Shown here one piece after another: positions 8,372 to 17,471 of a stretch of 64,000 bases of DNA. Each line of letters begins with the position of its first letter. Positions within the stretch are counted from its first letter, which is position 1. Source of the stretch: an uncultured Clostridia bacterium (GTDB lineage Bacteria; Bacillota; Clostridia; TANB77; CAG-465); contig CAKPOO010000001.1 in NCBI GenBank assembly GCA_934169925.1, positions 90,383 to 154,382 on the forward strand. Direction: 5' to 3'. The position numbers and the translations under genes are program-made. Below the pieces are notes generated by a model. It saw only the letters and a program-made list of their open reading frames with translations. It was not told the DNA's origin and ran no database searches.

Positions 8372-9988
8372 ATGAAAATAAGTTTTTTTGGAGCTGCTAG
8401 AATGGTAACAGGTTCTTGTTATAAAATAGAAGCAGCAGGTAAGAAATTTTTGGTTGATTGTGGACTTTTCCAAGGAAGTCTTACAGATGAAATGCTAAAT
8501 TATGATGATTTTCCATTTAGTGTTTCAGACATTGATTTTATGATTTTAACACATGCACATATTGATCATGCTGGTAGAATTCCAAAGTTATATAAAGCTG
8601 GATTTACAGGCACTGTATATGCAAGTACTGCAACACTTGATCTTAGTGCAATTATGCTTCCAGATAGTGGACACATTCAAGAAAAAGAAATTGAATGGGT
8701 AAATAAAAAAAGAAAAAGGGCTGGTAAAAAGGAAAATAACCCAATTTATACAGCACAAGATGCAATAGATTGTTTAGAAATATTTAAAGGTGTTGAATAT
8801 AACGATGATATTGTAATTAATGATAATTTGTTTTTCTGTTTAAAAGATGCAGGACATATGCTTGGCTCTGCTATTGTTGAACTTTATATAACAGAAGATG
8901 GCAAGCAAAGAAAAATTGTATTTTCAGGTGATCTTGGTAATGAAAATATGCCAATTATAAATGATCCTACATATATTGATGAAGCAGATACTGTTATTAT
9001 GGAATCTACTTATGGTGATAGATTACATGGTAGTATGGAAGACCAATCAGGAAAATTAGTTGATATTATATTAGAAACAATCGATCGTGGTGGTAATGTT
9101 ATAATTCCATCATTTGCTGTTGGTAGAACTCAAGAGATATTATATGAAATAAACAAATATGCTGATGAAAAATTATATAAAGAAAGACTTTCAAAAATTC
9201 CAGTATATGTTGATAGTCCACTTGCTGTTAATGCTACAAAAGTATTTAAGCAAAATCCACAATATTATGATGAAGATGCATTAAATTATCTATTAAAAGG
9301 AGATAATCCATTAGAATTTCCAAATTTGCATTTTGTTGAATCTTCTGATGAATCAAAAGCTTTAAATGAAGATATGACACCAAAGGTTATAATTTCTGCT
9401 AGTGGAATGTGTGAAGTTGGTAGAATAAAACATCATTTAAAACATAATTTATATAGACCAGAATCAACCATTTTATTTGTTGGTTACCAAGCACAAGGAA
9501 CTTTAGGTAGAAAATTACTTGATGGAGAAAAGCTTGTTAAATTATTTGGCGACGAAATAGCTGTAAAAGCAGATATAAAATATTTAGATGCGTTCTCAGG
9601 TCATGCTGATAAAAATGGTCTTTTAAAATGGGTATCAAACTTTAAAAAGAAACCGGAAAATATATTCATAGTACATGGTGAATATTCTGCTCAAATAGCT
9701 TTAAAAGAGGCTATCGAAAAAGAATTTAATATACCGTGTCAGATACCAGAATATGCTCAAACATATTCTATTGATGGTAATTTACTTGACTTTGTTAAAA
9801 CAGAATATAAATCTACTAGATTTGATATACTTGAAATGTTGTCTTTCTTAAAACAAGATGTTGATGATATGACAAATGTTGTAAAAGCAGATTTAAAAAA
9901 TAATCGTGATAATGATAATTTAGATTCTGTATTACAAAAATTACAAGAGGTAAAAGAAGCTATATTAAATGCTAAAAAGAATCAATAA
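8372..9988 (+). CDS. MBL-fold metallo-hydrolase with beta-CASP/RNA-specificity domain (RNase J/CPSF-like)
   Basis: HxHxDH motif (THAHIDHAG) and later conserved Asp/His positions typical of beta-CASP nucleases. About 540 aa. Confidence 0.8.
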   Translation: MKISFFGAARMVTGSCYKIEAAGKKFLVDCGLFQGSLTDEMLNYDDFPFSVSDIDFMILTHAHIDHAGRIPKLYKAGFTGTVYASTATLDLSAIMLPDSGHIQEKEIEWVNKKRKRAGKKENNPIYTAQDAIDCLEIFKGVEYNDDIVINDNLFFCLKDAGHMLGSAIVELYITEDGKQRKIVFSGDLGNENMPIINDPTYIDEADTVIMESTYGDRLHGSMEDQSGKLVDIILETIDRGGNVIIPSFAVGRTQEILYEINKYADEKLYKERLSKIPVYVDSPLAVNATKVFKQNPQYYDEDALNYLLKGDNPLEFPNLHFVESSDESKALNEDMTPKVIISASGMCEVGRIKHHLKHNLYRPESTILFVGYQAQGTLGRKLLDGEKLVKLFGDEIAVKADIKYLDAFSGHADKNGLLKWVSNFKKKPENIFIVHGEYSAQIALKEAIEKEFNIPCQIPEYAQTYSIDGNLLDFVKTEYKSTRFDILEMLSFLKQDVDDMTNVVKADLKNNRDNDNLDSVLQKLQEVKEAILNAKKNQ

Positions 9989-10148
9989 AAAATTTTAAAA
10001 AGAATAAGTTATTACAAATAAATTTTAATTTATTTTGTAGTGACTTATTTTTATTATCTTAAAATTGTAATAAAAATAAAATATAAATTTTAAGAATTGA
10101 GTTTTACAATTTTTATTATGTCGAATTTTGTAATAAAAAAAGTTAATA

Positions 10149-10195
10149 ATACAATATATTGACAAATAAATTTTAAAAAGCACAATTTGTTGTAT
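10149..10195 (+). promoter_or_regulatory. tandem candidate NrdR boxes
   Basis: ATACAATATATTGACA (10149-10164) and GCACAATTTGTTGTAT (10180-10195), with centres 31 bp apart. They resemble the remembered 16-bp palindromic consensus acaCwAtATaTwGtgt. Confidence 0.55.
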
Positions 10196-10229
10196 GCTAC
10201 ATAATACTGTTTCTTGCAAAAAAAAATTG

Positions 10230-10258
10230 TTGACTTTATATTTTTGTGGTGCTATAAT
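10230..10258 (+). promoter_or_regulatory. nrdD operon promoter
   Basis: TTGACT (10230-10235), 17-nt spacer, TATAAT (10253-10258). Confidence 0.7.
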
Positions 10259-10267
10259 CATTTTCGA

Positions 10268-10283
10268 ACACAAGATATTGTGC
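10268..10283 (+). promoter_or_regulatory. NrdR box overlapping the predicted transcription start
   Basis: ACACAAGATATTGTGC, with palindromic arms CACAA/TTGTG. Confidence 0.7.
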
Positions 10284-10319
10284 TTTATACTATTAGTTTA
10301 TACAAGGGGTGGAATTGTT

Positions 10320-12848
10320 ATGATTACTAAAATCATTAAAAGAGATGGTAGAGTAGTACCTTTTAACACAGAAAAAATAGCAAAAGCTATTTATCAAGCA
10401 GCAGTTTCAGTAGGTGGCAAAGATTATTATGAAGCTGAAAAACTTGCTTCTAAAGTTTATGTAAATTTAGAAAAAAGTTGCCAAGATGAATGTCCATCAG
10501 TTGAACAAGTTCAAGATGAAGTTGAACGTACTTTAATTGAAGAAGGACATGCTGCAACAGCTAAAGCTTATATTTTATATAGAGCAGAAAGAACACAAAA
10601 AAGAGATATGAATTCTGATATCATGAAGACATATGAACAATTAACTTTCTCTGATGCAAAAGATAGTAATGTAAAAAGAGAAAATGCTAATGTAAATGCA
10701 GATACTGCTATGGGAACAATGCTTAAATATGGATCTGAGGGTGCAAAGAAATTTTATCAAATGTTTGTACTAAAAAAAGAACATGCAGATGCTCATAAAA
10801 ATGGAGATATTCATATTCATGATTTAGACTTTTTAACTTTAACAACAACTTGTTGTCAAATCGATCTAATTAAATTATTTAAAGATGGTTTTTCAACTGG
10901 TGAGGGTCATTTAAGAGAACCTCAAAGTATAGCTTCATATGCAGCACTTGCAGCAATTGCTATTCAATCAAACCAAAATGATCAACATGGAGGTCAATCA
11001 ATTCCAAATTTTGAATATGCTATGGCAATAGGCGTTAGAAAATCTTATAAAAAGCTATATGAAAGAAATTTACAAAAAGCAATTGAACTTTTAACTGATG
11101 CTGATAACAACGATGAAATTTCAAAATCTATTTTAAATAAAATAGCAGCTAAAGAAGATTTAGTTGAATCATTAGAAAAAACAATTGAGTTTTTAAAAGA
11201 TGCTAAATATTCAAAAGAAGTTACAAAACAAACTATAGCAAAATTAAAAGAACAAAAAGATATGATACCATCATTAGAAGAAACAATTTCTTTATTAAGT
11301 GAACTTGAATCTTCAGATGATATTGCAAAATCTATAATTAATAAAATATACAAAGAAAAAAATATTTTACCAACATTAAAAGATACTAGTGGATATTTAA
11401 AACTTGAAAATGAAGAATTAACTAAAAAATTTGGTAAAGAAATTGCAGATAAAATTCAAAAATTTACTGTAAAATATACTGAAAAAGAAATAAAAAGAGA
11501 TACTTATCAAGCAATGGAAGGATTTATTCATAATTTAAATACAATGCATTCAAGAGCTGGAGCTCAAGTACCATTTTCATCTATTAACTATGGTCTTGAT
11601 ACAACTCCTGAGGGTAGACTAGTTATGGAACAATTACTTTTAGCTACTGAAGCTGGTCTTGGACATGGTGAAACTCCAATATTCCCAATTCAAATTTTAA
11701 AAATTAAAGATGGAATTAACTATAATGAGGGAGAACCAAACTACGATATATTTAAACTTGCTTGTAGAGTTTCTGCAAAAAGATTATTCCCTAACTTCTC
11801 ATTTATAGATGCACCATTTAATTTACAATACTACAAACCAGGAGATTATAACACAGAAATTGCATATATGGGTTGTAGAACAAGAGTTATGGGTAATGTT
11901 TATGATCCTACAAAAGAAGTTACTTGTGGAAGAGGAAACTTAAGCTTTACATCAGTTAACTTACCAAGACTTGCTATACTTGCAAATAAAGATATTGATA
12001 AATTCTTTGAAATGTTATCTGATAAAGTTGATTTAGTAATTGATCAATTACTTGATAGATTACGTATTCAATCTAAGAAAAAAGTTAAAAATTATCCATT
12101 CTTAATGGGACAACATGTATGGCTTGATTCAGAAAAATTAGGCTATGAAGATGAAGTTGGAGAAGTATTAAAACATGGTACTTTAACTTTAGGATTTATA
12201 GGTCTTGCAGAATGTTTAATTGCACTTATTGGTAAACATCATGGTGAAAGTGAAGAAGCACAAAAATTAGGATTAAGAATTGTTGGATACATGAGAGATA
12301 GAATGGATCAAGCATCTGCAAAAACAGGACTTAATTTTTCGTTAATTGCTACACCTGCAGAAGGTTTATCTGGTAGATTTGTAAAAATGGATAAAAAGAG
12401 ATTTGGTATTATACCAGGTGTTACAGATAAAGATTATTATACTAACTCATTCCATGTACCAGTATATTACAAAATAAGTGCATTTGAAAAAATAAGACTT
12501 GAAGCACCATATCATAATTTAACAAATGGTGGTCATATTAGTTATGTTGAACTTGATGGGGATCCTACTAAAAACTTAGAAGCATTTGAACAAGTTGTAA
12601 GATGCATGAAAGAAAGTGGAATAGGCTATGGTGCAATTAACCATCCTGTTGATAGAGATCCAATTTGTGGTTATACTGGTGTTATTGAAGATGTATGTCC
12701 AAATTGTGGAAGAAAAGAACATGATTCTAACAATGTTGGTTTTGAAAGAATAAGAAGAATAACTGGATATTTAGTTGGAACTGTAGATAGATTTAATGAC
12801 GGAAAAAGAGCAGAAGTAAATGATAGAGTAAAACATACTACAAATTAG
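10320..12848 (+). CDS. nrdD: anaerobic ribonucleoside-triphosphate reductase (class III), with N-terminal ATP-cone
   Basis: ATP-cone (IIKRDGRVVPFNTEKI). Cys-rich Zn site (CGYTGVIEDVCPNCG). C-terminal glycyl-radical motif RRITGYL. ATG 10320 follows GGGGTGG. The track start 10194 would overlap the promoter and NrdR boxes. Confidence 0.95.
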   Translation: MITKIIKRDGRVVPFNTEKIAKAIYQAAVSVGGKDYYEAEKLASKVYVNLEKSCQDECPSVEQVQDEVERTLIEEGHAATAKAYILYRAERTQKRDMNSDIMKTYEQLTFSDAKDSNVKRENANVNADTAMGTMLKYGSEGAKKFYQMFVLKKEHADAHKNGDIHIHDLDFLTLTTTCCQIDLIKLFKDGFSTGEGHLREPQSIASYAALAAIAIQSNQNDQHGGQSIPNFEYAMAIGVRKSYKKLYERNLQKAIELLTDADNNDEISKSILNKIAAKEDLVESLEKTIEFLKDAKYSKEVTKQTIAKLKEQKDMIPSLEETISLLSELESSDDIAKSIINKIYKEKNILPTLKDTSGYLKLENEELTKKFGKEIADKIQKFTVKYTEKEIKRDTYQAMEGFIHNLNTMHSRAGAQVPFSSINYGLDTTPEGRLVMEQLLLATEAGLGHGETPIFPIQILKIKDGINYNEGEPNYDIFKLACRVSAKRLFPNFSFIDAPFNLQYYKPGDYNTEIAYMGCRTRVMGNVYDPTKEVTCGRGNLSFTSVNLPRLAILANKDIDKFFEMLSDKVDLVIDQLLDRLRIQSKKKVKNYPFLMGQHVWLDSEKLGYEDEVGEVLKHGTLTLGFIGLAECLIALIGKHHGESEEAQKLGLRIVGYMRDRMDQASAKTGLNFSLIATPAEGLSGRFVKMDKKRFGIIPGVTDKDYYTNSFHVPVYYKISAFEKIRLEAPYHNLTNGGHISYVELDGDPTKNLEAFEQVVRCMKESGIGYGAINHPVDRDPICGYTGVIEDVCPNCGRKEHDSNNVGFERIRRITGYLVGTVDRFNDGKRAEVNDRVKHTTN
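11112..11402 (+). repeat. intragenic repeat region inside nrdD (about three units of roughly 30 aa)
   Basis: DEISKSILNKIAAKEDLVESLEKTIEFLKD / KQTIAKLKEQKDMIPSLEETISLLSE / DDIAKSIINKIYKEKNILPTLKDTSGYLK. Confidence 0.6.
12741..12836 (+). repeat. 96-nt copy 1 encoding the glycyl-radical peptide (3' end of nrdD)
   Basis: Direct comparison with 13045-13140 gives 90 of 96 identical. All 6 differences are synonymous third-position changes. Confidence 0.95.
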
Positions 12849-12885
12849 TAAGATCTATCTATTATATATTTTTGAGGTGATAATT

Positions 12886-13149
12886 ATGAGAGTTGATGTA
12901 AAAGGTGGAACTTTAGAAAATAAAGAAATTGAGGCATATAAAGAGTATTTAGAAAAAAAATTCCCAGATAAAAGAATTGATACATTAAGCTTAGAAGTAG
13001 ACGGAGATTTTGTTAATATGAATTATACTTTTGAATCTGTGCCATTTGAAAGAATAAGAAGAATAACTGGATACTTAGTTGGAACCGTAGATAGATTTAA
13101 CGATGGAAAAAGAGCAGAGGTAAATGATAGGGTAAAACATTCAGTTTAA
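12886..13149 (+). CDS. small autonomous glycyl-radical-motif protein (duplicate of the NrdD C-terminal 32 residues)
   Basis: GAGGTG RBS. The C-terminal FERIRRITGYLVGTVDRFNDGKRAEVNDRVKH is identical to the NrdD C-terminus. The N-terminal part (about 53 aa) is unrelated to NrdD. Confidence 0.75.
   Translation: MRVDVKGGTLENKEIEAYKEYLEKKFPDKRIDTLSLEVDGDFVNMNYTFESVPFERIRRITGYLVGTVDRFNDGKRAEVNDRVKHSV
13045..13140 (+). repeat. 96-nt copy 2 encoding the glycyl-radical peptide (3' end of the small ORF)
   Basis: See copy 1. Differences are tat/tac, act/acc, aat/aac, gac/gat, gaa/gag, aga/agg. Confidence 0.95.
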
Positions 13150-13163
13150 GAAGGGTTTAGACT

Positions 13164-13673
13164 ATGGAAAATGAAATGTTAAGAGTCGCAGGCTTTGTAA
13201 AAGAGTCAACTGTTGATGGCCCTGGCTTTAGATATGTTATTTTTACTCAAGGTTGTCCACATCATTGTAAAGGATGTCATAATCCAGGTACACATGATTT
13301 TAATGGAGGAACTTTGGTAAATATAAATGAAATAGCAATGGATATAAATAAAAATCCACTACTTAAAGGTGTAACTTTAAGTGGTGGGGATCCATTTATA
13401 CAAGCAAAGGTATTAAGTAATTTACTAAAAAAAATTGATAAAAGATTATCAGTTATAACATACACTGGATTTGAATATGAATATTTAATAAAAAATGCAA
13501 GTGATAAGAATGGTTATTTAGATCTTTTAGAAATGACAGATGTTTTAATAGATTCAAAATTTGAAGAATCATTGAAAACAGACGAGCTTCCATATAGAGG
13601 AAGTTCAAATCAAAGAGCAATAGATGTTAAAAAAAGTTTAGAAAGTAATACTATTTGTTTGTATAATTTTTAA
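13164..13673 (+). CDS. nrdG: anaerobic ribonucleotide reductase activating protein (radical SAM)
   Basis: CxxxCxxC cluster motif (CPHHCKGCHNP), about 170 aa, located in the nrdD operon. Confidence 0.9.
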   Translation: MENEMLRVAGFVKESTVDGPGFRYVIFTQGCPHHCKGCHNPGTHDFNGGTLVNINEIAMDINKNPLLKGVTLSGGDPFIQAKVLSNLLKKIDKRLSVITYTGFEYEYLIKNASDKNGYLDLLEMTDVLIDSKFEESLKTDELPYRGSSNQRAIDVKKSLESNTICLYNF

Positions 13674-13685
13674 AAGAGGTGTGTT

Positions 13686-14132
13686 ATGAATTGTATAAAA
13701 TGTGGCTGTGAAGATAGTAAAGTTATAGATTCAAGATCTATTGAAGAGGGAAATTCAATTAGAAGAAGAAGAGAATGCCTAAATTGTAAATATAGGTTTA
13801 CTACTTACGAAAAAATAGAGTATACACCAATAATTGTTATAAAGAAAAATGGCGAAAGACAAAAATTTGATAGAGATAAAGTTAAAAATGGAATGCTTAG
13901 AGCTTGTGAAAAAAGACCTGTAAGCATTGGAACTTTAGAAAAAGCCGTAGACGAAATAGAAATGGAAATTAACAATTCTTTAGAAAGAGAAATTGATGCT
14001 ACTAAAATAGGAGATTTAGTTATAGAAAAATTAAAAAATATTGATGAAATTGCTTATGTAAGGTTTGCATCAGTTTATAGACAATTTAAAGATATTGGAG
14101 AATTTAAAGAGGAATTAAATAAATTATTGTAA
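13686..14132 (+). CDS. nrdR: transcriptional repressor NrdR
   Basis: N-terminal zinc ribbon (CIKCG...[10 protein letters not shown]) plus an ATP-cone. About 148 aa. Confidence 0.95.
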   Translation: MNCIKCGCEDSKVIDSRSIEEGNSIRRRRECLNCKYRFTTYEKIEYTPIIVIKKNGERQKFDRDKVKNGMLRACEKRPVSIGTLEKAVDEIEMEINNSLEREIDATKIGDLVIEKLKNIDEIAYVRFASVYRQFKDIGEFKEELNKLL

Positions 14133-14261
14133 TTATATAAAAGAGTGCATTTTTATGATGTGCTCTTTTACTATTTTTATTACAAATAAATTTTAGTTCT
14201 TTGATTGAATTTATATAAAAAAATTGGTATAATATTTTTTAGTTAATATGAAAGGATTTTT

Positions 14262-16067
14262 ATGTATAAACAAGAAAATATAAGAAATTTTAGTATAATA
14301 GCACATATAGATCATGGTAAATCAACATTATCTGATAGATTAATACAATTAACAGGTAGTTATGATGAAAGAAAAATGCATGAACAATTGCTTGATAATA
14401 TGGATATAGAAAGAGAAAGAGGTATAACAATAAAATCTCAATCTGTTAGAATGAAATATCATGCAAAAGATGGTGAAGATTATATTTTAAATTTAATTGA
14501 TACACCAGGCCATGTTGATTTTAATTATGAGGTATCAAGATCTCTTGCAGCATGTGAGGGAGCTGTTTTAGTCGTTGATGCAGCTCAAGGAGTTGAAGCA
14601 CAAACTTTAGCAAATGTATATTTAGCATTAGATAATGATCTTGAAATTTTACCTGTTATTAATAAAATTGATTTACCTGGAGCAAGACCAGATGAAGTAA
14701 AAAAAGAAATTGAAGATATAATTGGTCTTGATGCAAGTAATGCACCATGTATTTCTGCTAAAACAGGACTAAACGTAGAAGAGGTTTTAGAACAAATTGT
14801 AAAAAATATACCAGCACCAACAGGAAATATAAATAATCAAACAAAGTGCCTTATATTTGATTCAGTATATGATAATTATGAGGGTGCTCTTGCTTTTGTA
14901 AAAGTTGTAGATGGTAGCGTAAAAAAAGGTGATATTATTACCACAATGTCAAATGGAAAAGAATTTGAAGTTGTTTCTGTAGGTTATTTTAAACCAGGTG
15001 GGTATACAAAAACAGAGGTACTAAGAGCTGGTGAGGTAGGATATATTGCTGCTAGTATAAAAACTATATCAGATATTCATGTTGGTGATACAGTAACTTT
15101 AAAATCAAATCCAGCAAAAGAAGCTTTAAAAGGATATAAAGAAGTAAAATCAATGGTGTATTCTGGTATATTTCCAGCAGATGGTAGTGATTATGAAGCA
15201 TTAAAAGAAGCTTTAGAAAAATTAAAATTAAATGATGCAGCTATTCATTATGAATTAGAATCTTCAAATGCTTTAGGTCATGGATTTAGATGTGGTTTCT
15301 TAGGATTACTACACATGGAAATTGTACAAGAAAGATTAGAAAGAGAGTATGATTTAAACTTAATAACAACAGCACCATCAGTAATATATAAAGTGTATAA
15401 AACAAATGGTGAGGTGTTAGAGTTATATAATCCATCTGATTTACCATCTCCAGATAAAATTAGTTATATGGAAGAGCCAATTGCAAGAACTCAAATTATT
15501 ACTCCAAAAGAGTATGTTGGTAATATAATGGAACTTTGTCAACAAAGAAGAGGAGAATATATCAATATGAAATATATTGATGATAATAGAGTATCTCTTG
15601 AGTATATGCTTCCTTTAAATGAAATAATATATGATTTCTTTAATAGTTTAAAATCTAGAACAAGAGGTTATGCATCATTTGATTATGAAATTGAGGGGTA
15701 TAAAAGAGCAAATCTTGTAAAACTTGACATTTTATTAAATGGGGAAGTTGTTGATGCTTTGTCATTTATTGTTAATAGACAAAAGGCAGAAGCAAGAGGT
15801 AGAAAAATGGCAGAAAAATTAAAAGATATAATACCAAGGCAATTATTTGAGGTACCAATACAAGCTGCAATAGGTGGTAAAGTGGTAGCTAGAGAAACTG
15901 TTAAAGCTATGAGAAAAGATGTACTTGCTAAATGTTATGGTGGCGATATTACAAGAAAGAAAAAATTATTAGAAAAACAAAAAGAAGGCAAAAAGAAAAT
16001 GAGAAAAATAGGAACTGTTGAATTACCACAAGATGCCTTTATGAGTGTTTTAAAATTAGATGAGTAA
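14262..16067 (+). CDS. lepA: translation elongation factor 4
   Basis: GTPase G1 AHIDHGKST and DTPGHVDF motifs. LepA-specific C-terminal domain. About 600 aa. Confidence 0.95.
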   Translation: MYKQENIRNFSIIAHIDHGKSTLSDRLIQLTGSYDERKMHEQLLDNMDIERERGITIKSQSVRMKYHAKDGEDYILNLIDTPGHVDFNYEVSRSLAACEGAVLVVDAAQGVEAQTLANVYLALDNDLEILPVINKIDLPGARPDEVKKEIEDIIGLDASNAPCISAKTGLNVEEVLEQIVKNIPAPTGNINNQTKCLIFDSVYDNYEGALAFVKVVDGSVKKGDIITTMSNGKEFEVVSVGYFKPGGYTKTEVLRAGEVGYIAASIKTISDIHVGDTVTLKSNPAKEALKGYKEVKSMVYSGIFPADGSDYEALKEALEKLKLNDAAIHYELESSNALGHGFRCGFLGLLHMEIVQERLEREYDLNLITTAPSVIYKVYKTNGEVLELYNPSDLPSPDKISYMEEPIARTQIITPKEYVGNIMELCQQRRGEYINMKYIDDNRVSLEYMLPLNEIIYDFFNSLKSRTRGYASFDYEIEGYKRANLVKLDILLNGEVVDALSFIVNRQKAEARGRKMAEKLKDIIPRQLFEVPIQAAIGGKVVARETVKAMRKDVLAKCYGGDITRKKKLLEKQKEGKKKMRKIGTVELPQDAFMSVLKLDE

Positions 16068-16078
16068 GGAGATAAAAT

Positions 16079-16813
16079 ATGGGCTTAATATATGGAAAAA
16101 ATCCTGTTTTAGAAGCTATTAATTCAGGTAAAACAATTAACAAAATATATTTTGCAAATTCTTCAAAAGAGATTTATGATATTATAAAAATTGCAAAAGA
16201 TAAAAGAATAGTTGTTGTTGAATCTGATAAGAAAAAATTAGATAAAATGGTTGATTTTAAAAATTCACAAGGAATTGTTGCATCTGTTACAGAATATGAA
16301 TATTCTACAGTTGATGAAATATTGGAAAATGCAAGATCAAAAAATGAGCAACCATTTGTTTTAATATTAGATAAAATAGAAGATCCACATAATTTAGGAG
16401 CTATAATTCGTACTGCTGAATGTATGGGTGTTCATGGAATAATAATTCAAAAAAGAAATGCTTGCCAGATAACAGATACTGTTGAAAAAACATCTGCTGG
16501 TGCTATAAATTTTGTAAAGGTTGCAAGAGTTACTAATATAACTGAAACAATAAAGACTCTAAAAGAAGAGGGATTGTGGATTTATGGACTAGATATGAAT
16601 GGAGACTCAAATATATATGACACAAAATTTGATGGCCCAATAGGCGTAGTTGTTGGAAATGAAGGCAGTGGAATAAGTAGGCTTGTAAGACAAAATTGTG
16701 ATTTTATATTAAGTATACCAATGTATGGAAAAATTAATTCTTTAAATGCATCTGTAAGTGTTGGTATGAGTGTTTATGAAATATCTAAACAAAAAAATCT
16801 TAATAATAAATAA
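16079..16813 (+). CDS. rlmB: 23S rRNA (guanosine-2'-O)-methyltransferase, TrmH/SpoU family
   Basis: SpoU motifs (LDKIEDPHNLGAIIRTAE, VVGNEGSGIS, LNASVS) with an N-terminal substrate-binding domain. Confidence 0.85.
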   Translation: MGLIYGKNPVLEAINSGKTINKIYFANSSKEIYDIIKIAKDKRIVVVESDKKKLDKMVDFKNSQGIVASVTEYEYSTVDEILENARSKNEQPFVLILDKIEDPHNLGAIIRTAECMGVHGIIIQKRNACQITDTVEKTSAGAINFVKVARVTNITETIKTLKEEGLWIYGLDMNGDSNIYDTKFDGPIGVVVGNEGSGISRLVRQNCDFILSIPMYGKINSLNASVSVGMSVYEISKQKNLNNK

Positions 16814-16921
16814 CAAATAATAAATAATGTAAAAAAGAACTTGTTATATAAGTTATTATAATAAGTTCTTTTTATTTTGACTTTTAATTTTATTTATAAT
16901 ATAATTATTTGCGGTGATAAA

Positions 16922-17443
16922 ATGACAGAAAATATAGCAAGTAATATTGTTAATGCATTTGGTGATTTTGGACAAACAACACTTGAAAAATCAATAATAG
17001 TATTTTTATTATCAATGTTACCAATTATGGAAGTAAAGGGAAGTTTGATTGCAGCAGGAATGATAAATTTAAAACCTATTATAGCGTTTTTTGTAGCTGT
17101 TATAGGAGATTTAGTACCAGTTCCTTTTTTACTTATGTTTTTAAATAAATTTTTTGACTTTTTAAGAAAGCATAATAAATTTACTAAAGTACTAAATTTT
17201 TTTGATAGAAAAGTAGAAAAAAATAAAGAAAAGATTGTTGAAAGAGGAGCAATGCTTGGTCTTATTTTGTTTGTTGGTATTCCAATTCCTGGCACTGGTG
17301 CTTGGATGGGATCTTTAGTTGCAAGTTTAATGCATCTAGATAAGAAAAAATCATTTTTAGGTATTTTTATTGGAGTAATAATGACAAGTACTTTTATGAT
17401 GCTTGTTTCATATGGTGTTTTGAATAGTTTTTTATATAAATAG
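16922..17443 (+). CDS. small membrane protein (COG2426-like putative small multidrug export protein)
   Basis: Several TM helices. The LPIMEVKGSLIAA motif resembles this family. ATG 16922 is preferred over the track start. Confidence 0.55.
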   Translation: MTENIASNIVNAFGDFGQTTLEKSIIVFLLSMLPIMEVKGSLIAAGMINLKPIIAFFVAVIGDLVPVPFLLMFLNKFFDFLRKHNKFTKVLNFFDRKVEKNKEKIVERGAMLGLILFVGIPIPGTGAWMGSLVASLMHLDKKKSFLGIFIGVIMTSTFMMLVSYGVLNSFLYK

Positions 17444-17471
17444 TAATGTTTGTAAGTTTAGGAGGTTATCT

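Noticed and set aside
10025-10273. 82-aa minus-strand ORF in the nrdD upstream region.
   Set aside because: It lies entirely in AT-rich regulatory DNA (terminator, NrdR boxes, promoter). It has no RBS and its sequence is low-complexity and Ile/Lys/Phe/Tyr-rich.
10194-10319. Upstream extension of the nrdD ORF in the track, with start at 10194.
   Set aside because: It would make the coding region include the TTGACT-17-TATAAT promoter and an NrdR box. ATG 10320 has a GGGGTGG RBS and begins exactly at the ATP-cone.
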